This document shows positions 1 through 12,942 of a stretch of 64,000 nucleotides of DNA, piece by piece (position 1 is the stretch's first letter; the number at the start of each line of letters is the position of its first letter). The notes under the pieces are model-generated. The model saw nothing but the letters and a program-made list of their open reading frames with translations, ran no database searches and was not told the origin of the DNA. The stretch covers positions 7,874,001 through 7,938,000 of the forward strand of contig NC_043020.1 in the NCBI RefSeq assembly GCF_006345805.1, given 5' to 3'. Both the position numbers and the translations under genes were made by a program. Origin of the DNA: Octopus sinensis. Lineage: Eukaryota.

Positions 1-800
1 ATGGAATTTTTCTGTGATTTATTATTTTAAATTGATCTAATAAAGGGTTCAGAAATTTTGTTACATATCATAGAATTGCTTTCGAATTTTTCACACAAGA
101 CTAGCAGTTTTGGGGTAGGGGCTAGGTCAATTAAATCACCCCTAGTGCTCAACTGGTACTTGTTTTAGTGACCCCAAAAGGATGAAAGGCCAAGTCGGCC
201 TCAGTGGAATTTGAAACTTAGATTGTAAAACCAGATAAAATGCTGCAAAACATTTTGCCCAGCGCACCACCTTACATAAAATTACAATGATTACATATAA
301 GGTTCTTTTTTATCGAAAATTTCAATCAACTGATCTTTTTGAAGTTATCTCCCTTGCATGTTTTAGGTTTTCAACATTTCTACTGGGAATTTTTGTCTAC
401 TTATAGTTTGGATAATCTCAGGTGATCAATATTATTTCAACTCAGTATGACACCTGTGTGACCCTGTTATATTTTCATATTTGTATATAGGTGCAGGCAT
501 GGCTGTGTGGTTATGAAGCTTGCTTTGCAACCATGCTGTTTCAGGTTCTGTCCTATGGCACAGTTCATAGAGCAAGTGTTAGCCCCTGACTGACTCATGC
601 CTTGTGAAATGAAAATTGTGGTAGATAGAAACTGTGTTGAAGCCCACCATATATATGAGTGTGTGTGTGTATGTGTGTTCCAGTTTGAAAACTGATGTTG
701 GCATGTTTACATTCCTGTAACTTGGCAGTTTGGTTAAAGAGACATGTAAGTTACCAGATTTGAAGAAACAAATGCTGATGTCAATTTGTTGAATAATAAT

Positions 801-1200
801 AGGCGCAGGAGTGGCTGTGTGGTAAGTAGCTTGCTAACCGACCACATGGTTCCGGGTTCAGTCCCACTGCGTGGCACCTTGGGCAGGTGTCTTCTGCTAT
901 AGCCTCGGGCCGACCAAAGCCTTGTGAGTGGATTTGGTAGACGGAAACTGAAAGAAGCCTGTCGTATATATGTACATATATATATGTATGTATATGTTTG
1001 TGTGTCTGTGTTTGTCCCCCTAGCATTGCTAGACAACCGATGCTGGTGTGTTTATGTCCCCGTCACTTAGCGGTTCGGCAAAAGAGACCGATAGAATAAG
1101 TACTGGGCTTACAAAGAATAAGTCCCGGGGTCAATTTGCTCGACTAAAGGTGGTGCTCCAGCATGGCCGCAGTCAAATGACTGAAACAAGTAAAAGAGTA
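801..1200 (+). mobile_element. tRNA-derived SINE family A, full-length young copy
   Basis: A box TGGCTGTGTGG, B box GGTTCAGTCCC, internal (TA)/(TG) microsatellite and AAAAGAGTA tail; about 12 near-identical copies in the window. Confidence 0.9.
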
Positions 1201-1264
1201 ATCCCTTCTAGGTAGTACCCTAGCATGGCTGCAGTCCGTTGAATGAAGTAAGAGATAAAAGACA

Positions 1265-1658
1265 TAAGTGCAGGCATGGCTGTGTGGTAAGAAGCTTGCT
1301 TCCCAACCACATGGTTCCGGGTTCGGTCCTACTGTATGGTACCTTGAGCAGGTGTCTTCTACTATAGCCTCGGGCCGACCAAGGCCTTGTGAGTGGATTT
1401 GGTAGATGGAAACTGAAAGAAGCCCGTCATATATGTATATGTATGTATCTATGTATGTGTGTCTTTGTCCCCCCCCCCACCACCACCACTTGACAATAGG
1501 TGTTGGTATGTTTATGTCCTTGTAACTTAGTGGTTCGACAAAGAAATCGATAGAAGAAGTAGGTTTGAAAAAAAGAAAAAAGACTGGGGTCGATACATTC
1601 GACTATAAATTCTTCAAGGCGATGCCCCAGCATGGCCGCAGTCTAATGACCGAAACAA
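1265..1658 (+). mobile_element. SINE family A, older diverged copy
   Basis: Same head, core and tail as 801-1200 with more substitutions. Confidence 0.8.
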
Positions 1659-3349
1659 CACACCTGCGAGCGAGCGGGGGCGGGGTGGGTGGCAGGTACT
1701 TCAGCCATATTGTCTGTTAAGAAGCGTTGACATCTGTTTCTGCTGTTGTTATTTGTTCAACGGAGTTTTTCCACCTGGACGCTCGACCTGCTAGAAATAG
1801 CCGCCAAATCTCACTAAAATCAACACCCCCTGCCGTCTTAACTAAGGAAAGGATACATCAGATAATGCAGTCCTATGCCCTTATACCCCTAAAAAAAATG
1901 GGGATGGTCACGTTTGATCGATCGTGTCTGTCTCCTCGATTAGGGTTCACTTGCCGTCTATCGATCATAATTCAGCGGAGGATGCTGCTTAATGATAACA
2001 GCAACTATATTGATAAGACGACGGTGAAAGGGTGGCTTCCACCTGGTTTCTTGCTCCGCTAGAAATAGCAACCAAATCTCTCTTAGCTCACCACCATCAT
2101 CTTTAAAAAAACGTATTGTGGTCCTAGATACTCGCCAGAAACGACGAGATGGTCGTGGTTGGAATGCCTTTGATCCCACGTCTTTTCGATCAGAGGTAAA
2201 TATAATAATAAGCGCAGAGCTGCACCAGAACCAGCAGCAGCAGGGTAGCAGCATAACTGCAGTAGTAGTCCCATGTGCAGTAGAAGCTGTGTTGAACAGC
2301 AGTAGTAGCATCAACTGCTATAAAATTATAGCAGTAGAAGCTAACAACCAACTCCACCGCCACCACTACCACCACCACACAAATAACAGCCAAATTTCTG
2401 AGCCAATGAGTCAGTCTTCTTTCTATGCGATAGTTCGACCGGCTAGAAACAACAGCCAAATAAAACCCCTCCCCCGCCGCAACTTCCCGTGCCAAACGAG
2501 TCCAGATTCTCACTCGGTGGTTCGACTGGCTAGAAACAATAGCCAAATACCACTGCTTCTCCTTCCCTAATTCCCGCGTACCGACCGCCCCAGAAACAGC
2601 AGCCAAATTTTCCCGCGCTACGAACAGCAAGCCCTCACGTGCTCGCTCGACCTGCTAGAAATAGCACCGACTTTCCTTCAAATTCCATCGTACCGTCCGT
2701 TGACAAAAATGTAGTCCTAAATAAATTGTAGTAGTAGTAGTAGTAGTGATTTGTTTTATTAGCCACAGGGGTCGATACTTTTGTTTTGCTACTAGGGCCA
2801 TGGATGAGAGGGACGATACAAAGTCGAGATCAAAGTGTTGGGATTTGAATGATTTAAACAAGAACGGCGTGATGGTCGCGACTGAGAGAGTACGTTTCGT
2901 TTCCATGGGTCTTAACTCGATCAGGTTGACCTGGGGCTCCACAACAACAACAGCAACAACAACAACAACAGCAGCAGCAGCAGTAGGCATGGTGGTGTTT
3001 GTTGTTGAGGATGTGATGACGGCAACAAAATCTGTTGGAGTTTCTTTCTAAAGTCCTTTTTTGTAATAGTCTTGATGACGCTGACGATGACGGCTGCGAT
3101 TGTTATTATTACGATTGTGAATTTATTGTATATATAATAGTGCCACATTGGAAGTTATAGGAACGGACCTACGTCGACTGTTTTTCAGGTTTTATCTTTA
3201 TTTACACGCCGGATATTTAGTATATATACACACACACACACATACACGCATATTTGTATGCATAGCATATGTACACAGCCGAACACGTATACACCCACCC
3301 ACACGTTATTGCAACTTATATTTTCATTTAACAATACTTCGTTTTTGCG

Positions 3350-3465
3350 ATACATACATACATACATACATACATACATACATACATTACATACATACAA
3401 ACATACATACATACATACATACATACATTCATACATACATATATATATATATATACCTATATATA

Positions 3466-3496
<31 letters not shown>

Positions 3497-3510
3497 ATAT
3501 ATATATACAC
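3350..3510. repeat. Compound (TACA)n/(TA)n microsatellite
   Basis: Direct reading. Confidence 0.95.
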
Positions 3511-3588
3511 ACAAATGTATGCAACTATAGGTGCGTTGATGTAATCTTGAACCAAAATATTTTTATTTTATATAAATTATACACACAT

Positions 3589-3627
<39 letters not shown>

Positions 3628-4727
3628 AGTATATATAAGATCGTTGTTATTAATTTCAGGCCAACATTGTATTGTACTCGCTAATAACTTTGTGTAAGCC
3701 TGTCTGTGTGTGTGTTTTTTTTTCCTTCTTCTGAATAATTGCATGCAAAATGGGGAACAATAATTTATAATTATCACGACGCATAACTAAACAATATCTT
3801 TTCCAAAAAAAAAAATATATATATAATAATTTAGTTTAATTCATTATTTAAAAATAACCTATCTCGTCACTTTGCCATATATTTAGGTAGGAAATTTGCC
3901 TAAACAAGCTGTCACAACAACAACAACAATAATCTATAGTCGGTGCTTGTTTTATTTTGCTGCTAGTTTTGTGATTTTTAATTACATATGTTTAAATATT
4001 TATTAATTATTTATTAGCTGTAAATCAAAACCGATCACTGATCGGTTTGTCACATCGACCATCTGGTTACTCCCCCCATCCTCACACGCCTTCTGCACGC
4101 TCGAAAGAGAGCAAACTGTCAAAATGTTATAAACCCCTCCCACAGCCTTGCTCTCCCTCTCTCTCTCCCTCCAACTCTCTCTCTCTCCATACGTACACAC
4201 ACGCGCACGCAACCTCGCGTCCCTTCAGTCATTGACAGACTACACAGAGAGCAGCTATTTACACCCTCCAAGACAAACATCGGATAACATTAATAATTCT
4301 GGATGCACTGCGTTCGGAATGTAGACGGGACGGTCACGTCTAGAATGTCATTGATCGCTGAAGTCTGCTGAATCCCGGCTGACCTAGGGCTAAATACCAA
4401 CCAACCAACCAAACAAACAAACAACAAACAACTGGTACTGCCGAAAGTCTCTCTTCCACCACGCCAACAACTACAAAAAAAAAAAAAAGAAAAAAAAGAA
4501 AAAGAACATCCCTGGTTCCTCTACCTGTCATGTTTGGAAATCCCTCCACGAGAACCAACTATCCTCTCGTTCACACCTTTTTTTTCCTCTTTTGCCATTG
4601 TTGAATATTGACGACTGGTGTTCAAATTCCACGAGTACTTCACAATATTCCAGTTAGGAATCTAAACCAATAACGGAATGTCTTTTTAATTCTTCATGTT
4701 CCAATCCATATAAGATTTCAGTAATTT

Positions 4728-4752
4728 TATTATTATTATTATTACTATTATT

Positions 4753-4803
<51 letters not shown>

Positions 4804-4808
4804 GTTAT
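4728..4808. repeat. (TTA)n microsatellite
   Basis: Direct reading. Confidence 0.95.
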
Positions 4809-5545
4809 TCCCTTTCTTTTAATGCTTTAGAAATAAGTCTGTTTGTTACTTAGTCTTTACACCTTGGAGCTTTCCATCCCTCGTGGCATCCAAACTTATT
4901 GACGCCCACAAACTCTCTTGGATATTTTACTGTACACACTCACACACGCACTTATATGTATACACACATATACACTCACACCTCCACGCACAAACACACA
5001 TACTCACACACATAAATACGCATTCACACATTCACATACATAAACGCACACACACACGAACACGTGCATACACCCTCGTTCTTTAATTAAACTAGGAAAA
5101 AGAAAGGGGGAAAAAATCTACCAACACAAATTACAACTACCACTACTACTACCTATACTACAACTACTATAATAACTACACTACAGTTTATAAAAGCAAC
5201 AATCTAGTTTACCATATTGTCTCATTAGGATCAGTTCTCCTTTCTTGTAGTGGAGGCCAAGGATTGAGTGTCATTGGCAGTCGTCATACAACTCTGCTCT
5301 ATCGAACTTCATTTCTTTCATTTAATTTAGTTAATTCACACACACATATATATATATATATATACACATTTTCATACACACACACACATACATACAAACC
5401 TCCACATATACATTGATAGTGTTGTCGGAAAAAATTTAGGAAAAAAAAAACAAATTCTAAAAACCTGCTCATACTTAATATTTGTAGTGTCCCCACAAAA
5501 TTTCTTAGGTCCTTATGGCCTTCAAAAGAAATAATTGATTAATCA

Positions 5546-5590
<45 letters not shown>

Positions 5591-6700
5591 GTAGCCGTTC
5601 CTCCCTTGTGACGATTATAACAAAAAAAAATAAATAACAACAAACTAATTTTATTATTGTAGCCATTATAATTATTAGTTTTATCATTTAATTTTAGATA
5701 CTATTGTTATTAACATTATTAATGTTAACACTGCCACATCATAAAAAAGGTGGGATTTAGCTTAACGTTTGTACCATATTCTTGCCAATCACATCCATTA
5801 ACAACTCTTTTTCAACTCCCTTTAATTATAGTTTGCCCTTAAAGGGTTAAAAACAAAGGTTCTACTGAGATTTATTTTCATACATTCCATTTCTATACCT
5901 GCATCTAGAATATAAAGCATATATTCAGTGATAGGGCCCAGTCACCCTTATGGAAGGGTAACATATATATATCCACATTGTTTTTTTATTATCCACACAC
6001 ATACATACATATATACACGCAATTCCAAGTTCGGAAAAGTTTAAAGCCCACATACAGCTGTTGTGTGTGTGTATGGTGGGTCTGTCTGTTGTGTATCTTT
6101 AAATCTGGTCCACTGTCACCGTAGAGCTTCACTCCTCTCACCCCCACCACCCTATACACTAACATATGTACATTTGTGCATATAAAATGTATGAATAGAA
6201 TACAGGTCCTTTTTCCCCCTACACACACACATTCATATCAAATATAAATTATTCTAGCTGAATTCCGTACACCTGCATACGCGCATATGCATACATATAT
6301 TAACACACACAAGTAAAACTCACACACACACACACACACACACACTCATTGACATAAAATGCATACGTTTTTACTGTCAATATAAAACTAACACCAATGC
6401 ATTTAAATACACATACACACACACATATGTATGTATAACACATATCAACATATGTGCACGCGCGCACTAAACACACCTATGTGCACACATACACACATGT
6501 GTAAGTTGTTCGCAACTCGTGTAAAATATATGCAGCCAGTCCAAATAGACCCACGCGTTGCATTTTCCAAGAATCAATATAATACTAATTGAATAGCTGT
6601 AAATTGCATGGAAATTCTCTCAAAATGGTTATCTAAGTGCGGTGTGTAACAGACGGAATTGTTATTTAATTAGCCTGTGTTCATTGGAGTACCGTTACAG

Positions 6701-6753
6701 ATGGCTAATCTTGTGCGCTCAGCCGCGTTCAAGTTACGGAATATTCACACCAA
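6701..6753 (+). CDS. Candidate first coding exon, MANLVRSAAFKLRNIHT(K/N), transit-peptide-like
   Basis: ATG at 6701, open for 53 nt to a consensus GTAAGT donor at 6754, in non-repetitive CpG-containing sequence; basic and hydroxylated residues with no acidic ones. Confidence 0.5.
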
Positions 6754-6791
6754 GTAAGTTTTTTCGGTTTCCTTTATATTTTTTTGGCTGC

Positions 6792-6824
<33 letters not shown>

Positions 6825-6830
<6 letters not shown>

Positions 6831-8376
6831 GGTGATGAGTTGACAGAGTCGTTAGCACACCAGGTAAAATGCTTAGTGGCATTTCGTCTGTCTTTATGTT
6901 TTGGGTTCAAATTCTGTTGAGGTCGACTTTGCCTTTCATTCTTTCTGGGTCGATAAATTAAGTACAGGTGAAACACTGGAGTCGATGTAATTGAGTAGTT
7001 CTCTCCCCACAAATTTCAAGCCTTATGCTTTCAGTAGAAAAGATTATTATTATTAGCATCCAGCCATAGAAACATTGCCAGATCAGACTGGGCCTAGTGG
7101 AGCCTTCTGGCTTCCCAGACCCAGTTGAACCGTCCAACCCATGCCAGCATGGAAAGCGGACGCTAAACGATGATGATGATGATGATTATTATTATTGTTA
7201 TTGTTATTATTATTATTATTATTGTCAGGGCGGCAAGCTGGCAGAATCGTTAGCAAGATGGACAAAATGCTTAGTGGAATTTCAGGCATCACACTATGTT
7301 CAGAGTTTAAATTCCACTGAGATCGACTTTGCCTTTCTTCCTTTTGGGTTCGATAAATTAAGTACCAGTGAAACACTGGTGTCGATATAATCAACTAGTC
7401 CCCTCACAAAAAATTTGAAGCCTTGTGCCTTTAGTAGAAAGGATTATCATTATTATTGTTGTTGTTGTTTTGCTGGAGGGTCAGTGTAATTGACTGACCA
7501 CCTCCTCCCAAAATACTGGTACTGTACCTAAATCAGAAACCATTTTAGCAGCATTCCTTTTGGTTCTTTGTGTTCTGGGTTCAAATCCACCAAGGTCAAC
7601 TTTGCCTTTCACCCTCTTGTGGTCATTAAAATAAAGTACCAGTTAAGTACTGGAATTGATGTAATTGACTTGCTCCCTCTCATCAAAATTGCTGGCCTTG
7701 TGCCAAAATTTAGAAAGAATTATTCAGGTGGCAAGCTGGTGGAATTATTAGTGTGTTGGACAAAATGCTTAGTGGTATTCCTTTTAACTTTTCATGTTCT
7801 GAGTTCAATTCCCACCGAGGTTGACTTTGCCTTTAGTCCTTTTACGGTTGATAAAATAAGCACCAATTGAAGTCTGGAGTTGATGTAATCAACCTACCCC
7901 TTGCTTCAAAGTCTCTTAATTAGAAAGAATTATTGTTGTTGTTATCATCCTTTTGGCTGTCTGTGGAAAGTAAGCCATCAATATTTTCCTTTGCCAAGTC
8001 CTCTTGTCCTGTGAAATCTTTTCCAGCAACTTGCTGTTCTATCTTGTCAATCCCGCCTTGAAAGTTGCTGATATGACACTTGGTTTTGTAGCTCCTCTAG
8101 AAATTAAGGCATTCTGTGTTTTAATTTGGCAGCTTGAGTGCTACTGTGTAAGGGGCATCATTATCATCTTGCTCTGAGCCCAGAAAGCACTCCATTCTCC
8201 TTAGAAGGACCTTAATTAGAGGTTATCCTCAGTTTAAAGAGGAATCTTCTTTGTCATGAGACTGGCTGGCCTGTTTTGCTTTTAACTGACATTCTTTTAG
8301 CAAATATTTTCATGTAGCAGGACTGATGCACAACCAGCAAACTCAATTATTATTATTATCATCATCATCATCATCA

Positions 8377-8410
<34 letters not shown>

Positions 8411-9500
8411 CATCATCATCATCATCATCATCATCATTATTATTATCATTCTTCTTCTTCTTATTATTATTATTATGGATTGGCAGAATCCATAGAGCAC
8501 CAGATGGTTTACTGTATTCAGTTAGTGCCCTTTATGTTCTGAGTTCAAATACTACCAAGGTCACCTTTGCCTTTCATTCTTCCAGGGTTGATGAAATAGT
8601 TACTTGTCAAGTACTATGGACAATTCACTCAATAGTCGATACTTCTGTCCCCTAAAGTTTCTAGCCTTATATCTATTTATGAAACGGTCATATTTACCTT
8701 TTTGTCTTTCAAAATTGCTGGCCTTGTGCCTAAATCAGAAACCATTATCATTATTATTTGTCTTTCTCCCAGAGTTGATAAAATAGTACCAGTCATATAT
8801 ATGGGCTGGTTTAATCAGCTGCTAACTTCTTCATTTGTGCTCATGTACCTACATTAGAAACTATTTTTAGTACACTTTTCTGATGAGTTGGCAGAATCAG
8901 ACAAAGTGCCTTTCAGTATTTTGTTATTGTACCATGGCCTTATGAGTTCAAATCCTGCCAAGGCTAACTTTACCTTTCACCCTTCCTGGGTTAGTAAAAA
9001 AAAACGTAGCATCAGGTATTAGGGTTGATTCCATTGACTTAGCCCTTCTGTCACATTTGTATCCCCGTGCCTTTCTTAGACAACATTGGACAAAATGCTT
9101 AGCAACATTTCTTTTGACTCTCTACATTCTAAGTTCAAATCCTGCTGAGGTCAACTTTGCCTTTCATAATTTTGAGGTTGATTAACCCTTTTGTTACCAT
9201 ATTTATTTTGAGATGCTCTGTGTTTCTTTCAATTAATTTTAAATATAACAAAGGATTTAGTAAAATAACTTGGTTATCATTAAGCTAGTGTTAGGAACAT
9301 TAATTGTGATTAAGGTTTGATGGAAGATTTTAATTCAAAACTTATGAAAACAAAACTTTTGTAATACAGAGCCAGAGGTGGTTTCAGGCTGGGTTGGTAC
9401 CAAAAGGGTTAAATAAAGTACCAGGGTTGAATATAAAGTACCATTAAGATTGATGGTAGCAACTAATCCCCTTCTTTTGAGATTGCTGGCCTTGTACCTA
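6825..9500 (+). mobile_element. Cluster of old SINE family B relics
   Basis: Repeated GTTCAAAT..GAGGTCGACTTTGCCTTTCAT..AAGTACCAG motif near 6825, 7225, 7570, 7725, 8480, 8750, 8880 and 9080, most ending in TAGAAAG(ATT)n. Confidence 0.8.
9182..9412. mobile_element. piggyBac-like MITE nested in a SINE B relic
   Basis: TTAA on both sides; TIRs CCCTTTTGTTACCA / TGGTACCAAAAGGG. Confidence 0.8.
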
Positions 9501-10284
9501 AATCAAAAAACATTATTATTAAAAGAGGTGTTATGACAGGATCAGGAGAGACACATACAAAGAAAGGCCCCAGTGGCATGGTGTGAAGTTTGTGGACTAT
9601 ACAGAGTGCGCAGGGCAGCCACTTTCAGTGTGTTCATTGTAGTTGAAAGTATGTTGTGTTTAAGGAGGGGCTGACCCATTTGGCTACTGGATAGGATGGC
9701 CAAAACAGAGGCTATGCCCCTGGCTGTCTTATGTTATGACGTCATTATATTTTCTGGTACAAATCTGTTAAAATCAACAAAGTTTCTCATTGTCCTGAGC
9801 AGCAGTAAAATAAATACCCACCAAATACTGGGTACGTGCCAGACAAAATTTCCATGAGATCCTTTCATTTTTCTGAACAAATCCATTGTGATGGTGAAGA
9901 GGAGGGCTGGGGGGGGGATATTTATCATTGAATTATTGATAAAGATTTAATCAACTATAACCTATGACTTATTAGAAATAAGAGTTGTTGAGACCATAGA
10001 CATATGTTACAAATAATTAGTGTCTTAAACCATAAACGTGTGTGTGTGGTGATAATGATGGTGGTGTATTTCTGGATGAAGAAATCTGTAGTGATTTCAT
10101 TCGACTAAAAATGACGACTCTGCTGTAACTTAGAGTTGTTGTCCAAGTGTCATTAGGTGTAGATGCACTGGTCACTCTAATGGTCACATGGTCGATGAAA
10201 CTCTGAGTAGGAACACAGTGACTCATCAGCTTTAAACAAATGTGTGTGTGTGTCTAAAGGAATGTGTGTGTGCGTGCATGCATA

Positions 10285-10504
10285 TACTCTTTACTCTTTT
10301 ACTTGTTTCAGTCATTTGACTGCGGCCATGCTGGAGCACCACCTTTAATCGAGCAACTCGACCTCGGGACTTATTCTTTTGTAAGCCCAGTACTTATTCT
10401 ATCGGTCTCTTTTGCCGAACCGCTAAGTAACGGGGACATAAACACACCAGCATCGGTTGTCAAGCAATGCTAGGGGGACAAACACAGACACACAAACACA
10501 CACA

Positions 10505-10545
<41 letters not shown>

Positions 10546-10709
10546 GACGGGCTTCTTTCAGTTTCCGTCTACCAAATCCACTCACAAGGCTTTGGTCGGC
10601 CCGAGGCTATAGTAGAAGACACTTGCCCAAGGTGCCACGCAGTGGGACTGAACCCGGAACCATGTGGTCGGTTAGCAAGCTACTTACCACACAGCCACTC
10701 CTGCGCCTA
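10285..10709 (-). mobile_element. SINE family A, young copy
   Basis: Reverse complement of the 801-1200 consensus. Confidence 0.9.
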
Positions 10710-10736
10710 TATGTATATATATATGTTTATATATAA

Positions 10737-10958
10737 AGGCGGCGAGCTGGCAGAGATGTTAGCACGCCGGGCGAAATGCGTAGCCGTATTTCGTCTGCCG
10801 CTACGTTGTGAGTTCAAATTCCGCCGAGGTCGACTTTACCTTTCATCCTTTCGGGGTCGATTAAATAAGTACCAGTTACGCACTGGGGTCGATATAATCG
10901 ACTTAATCCATTTGTTTGTCCTCTCTGTGTTTAGCCACTTGTGGGTAGTAAAGAAATA
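10737..10958 (+). mobile_element. tRNA-derived SINE family B (Meta-domain-like core), young copy
   Basis: Head GGCGAGCTGGCAGA..GAGTTCAAATTCC; core GAGGTCGACTTT.CCTTTCATCCTTTCGGGGTCGAT..AAGTACCAG; tail GTAAAGAAATA. Confidence 0.85.
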
Positions 10959-11304
10959 TATATGTTTATATAATTTACTTATATTTATGTATAATTTTCA
11001 TTTTTGTTACATAAATATGTATAATTTATATGTCTGTTTTATTTATATGTATTTGAATCTTTGTCTAAAGAATTATGGTTTGGAGATTCCATACATTTTT
11101 TCCTACTTGTATAACTTTGTAACTCCTATTCTGTATTGAAACACATGTAACATGGAATTAAAAATATACTAAATTTTCCAGTATTCTATCTTGATACATA
11201 ATCAATCTGCAAAAAGAATTCACGTGAAATCTCTATTGCTATGTATTTTTATTCAAAAATAGAATATCTATATACATACATTAAAAAATGCAGATATGAT
11301 TCAT

Positions 11305-11678
11305 AGGCGCAGGAGTGGCTGTGTGGTAAGTAGCTTGCTTACCAACCACATGGTTCCGGGTTCAGTCCCACTGCGTGGCACCTTGGGCAAGTGTCTTCTA
11401 CTATAGCCTCGGGCTGACCAAAGCCTTGTGAGTGGATTTGGTAGACGGCAACTGAAAGAAGCCCGTCGTATATATGTATATATATATGTGTGTGTGTGTG
11501 TTTGTGTGTCTGTGTTTGTCCCCCTAGCAATGCTTGACAACCATCGGCAAAAGAGACCAATAGAATAAGTACTGGGGTTACAAAAGAATAAGTCCTGGGG
11601 TCGAGTTGCTCGATTAAAGGCGGTGCTCCAGCATGGCCGCAGTCAAAATGACTGAAACAAGTAAAAGAGTAAAGAGTA
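11305..11678 (+). mobile_element. SINE family A with an internal deletion of about 35 bp
   Basis: Consensus match lacking the GATGCTGGTG..TTAGCGG segment. Confidence 0.9.
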
Positions 11679-11963
11679 AGGTCACAGCTTGGATTATAAC
11701 CCCTTATATATACTTGTATGTGTGTGTGTGTATACATACACATGTACAATTTAAATTTTATATATTGTATGCATTCTACGTATACCATGTATATATGCTT
11801 ATTCTATCATCCAATACATGGATCCTTGTCTTTTTCTTGACTCATGGACTTTTAGACAACTTACTTGCTCATATATTTTGCAGAATAAATTGGCCACTTG
11901 AAGCTTGTCCCCCATAGCTGCTAATTCAGAAAATGCACTCTTCATAGCCATTAAAAATTTAAT

Positions 11964-12137
11964 ATGTGCAGGAGTGGCTGTGCGGTAAGTAGCTTGCTTA
12001 CCAACCACATGGTTCTGGGTTTATTCCCACTGTATGCCACCTTGGGCAAATGTCTTCTACAATTGCCTCGAGCCAACCAAAGCCTTGTGAGTGGATTTGG
12101 TAGATGGAAACTGAAAAAAACCCGTCATATATGTATG

Positions 12138-12172
<35 letters not shown>

Positions 12173-12394
12173 GTGTACATATGTTTGTGTGTCTGTGTTT
12201 GTCTCCCCAACATCGCTTGACAACCGATGCTGGTGTACTTTCATCCCTGTAACTTAGCTGTTCGGCAAAAAGAGACTGATAGAATAAGTACCAGGCTTAC
12301 AAAGAATAAGTCCTGGGTTGATTTGCTTGACTAAAGGTGGTACTCCAGTATGGCTGCAGTCAAATGACTGAAACAAGTAAAAGAGTAAAGAGTA
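11964..12394 (+). mobile_element. SINE family A, moderately diverged
   Basis: Consensus match. Confidence 0.85.
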
Positions 12395-12942
12395 TCCTTT
12401 TACTGTTATGGATTTGTATGAGCTCAGATATTCTTCAAAGAATGTCCTATCACTATCCAAGTTCTCCATGGGGCTGCTACTGTAGAAAGTGCTTGACTCA
12501 GTCAAGTATATGTGATGGAAAGCTTTTTTGATGATCAGTCATGACCCCCTGCAGATTCTGGGCATTTTTGCATCAGGTCTAGAAAATTTCCATGTCAGGA
12601 TCAACAGGATCAACAGCTGTGAAGCTGACTTGTTGGACTTCATACCTTAAGATAAACTTTCAGACATTCAGTGACAAAGAACCCTTGCCGTATTATTCCG
12701 TTCAGCTTTTCCGATGATTGCTGGGGTTATCCAAGCTCCTAATATGAAAATATTATATTGTATTTTATTAGAAATAACATAGCCACTCTATTAAGCAATA
12801 TATGAATGCTTCTTTTTATCTGAGTCATGGATTTTTAGACAATTTTGCAAATGAATAGTTTCCAGGTCCCTGAAGCTACTAGGTTTGATGTGTTTGTTAG
12901 CAGATTGGCTTCTTGTTTCTTTGAGAGTGATCAAGTGATTTA

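Larger units (their letters stand above)
1640..6760. promoter_or_regulatory. CpG-retaining promoter-like block
   Basis: CpG visibly frequent even inside old repeat relics, unlike flanks; Inr-like TCAGTC near 4225 after a (CT)n tract; ends at the candidate exon at 6701. Confidence 0.45.

Noticed and set aside
2655-3148. Minus-strand ORFs with an ACCACCATG Kozak context and poly-Leu/Val/Ala stretch
   Set aside because: Built from a (CAG/CAA)n microsatellite plus a relic of a dispersed repeat (CCCCAGGTCAACC.TGATCGAG; relatives near 34560, 37480 and 43085).
10165-10230. Hammerhead-like string CTAATGG..GAAACTCTGAGTA, with CTGATGAGTCAC on the minus strand
   Set aside because: The plus-strand core has two essential changes and stems I and II pair poorly. 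The minus strand has a stem II but no GAAA. At most a very decayed relic.
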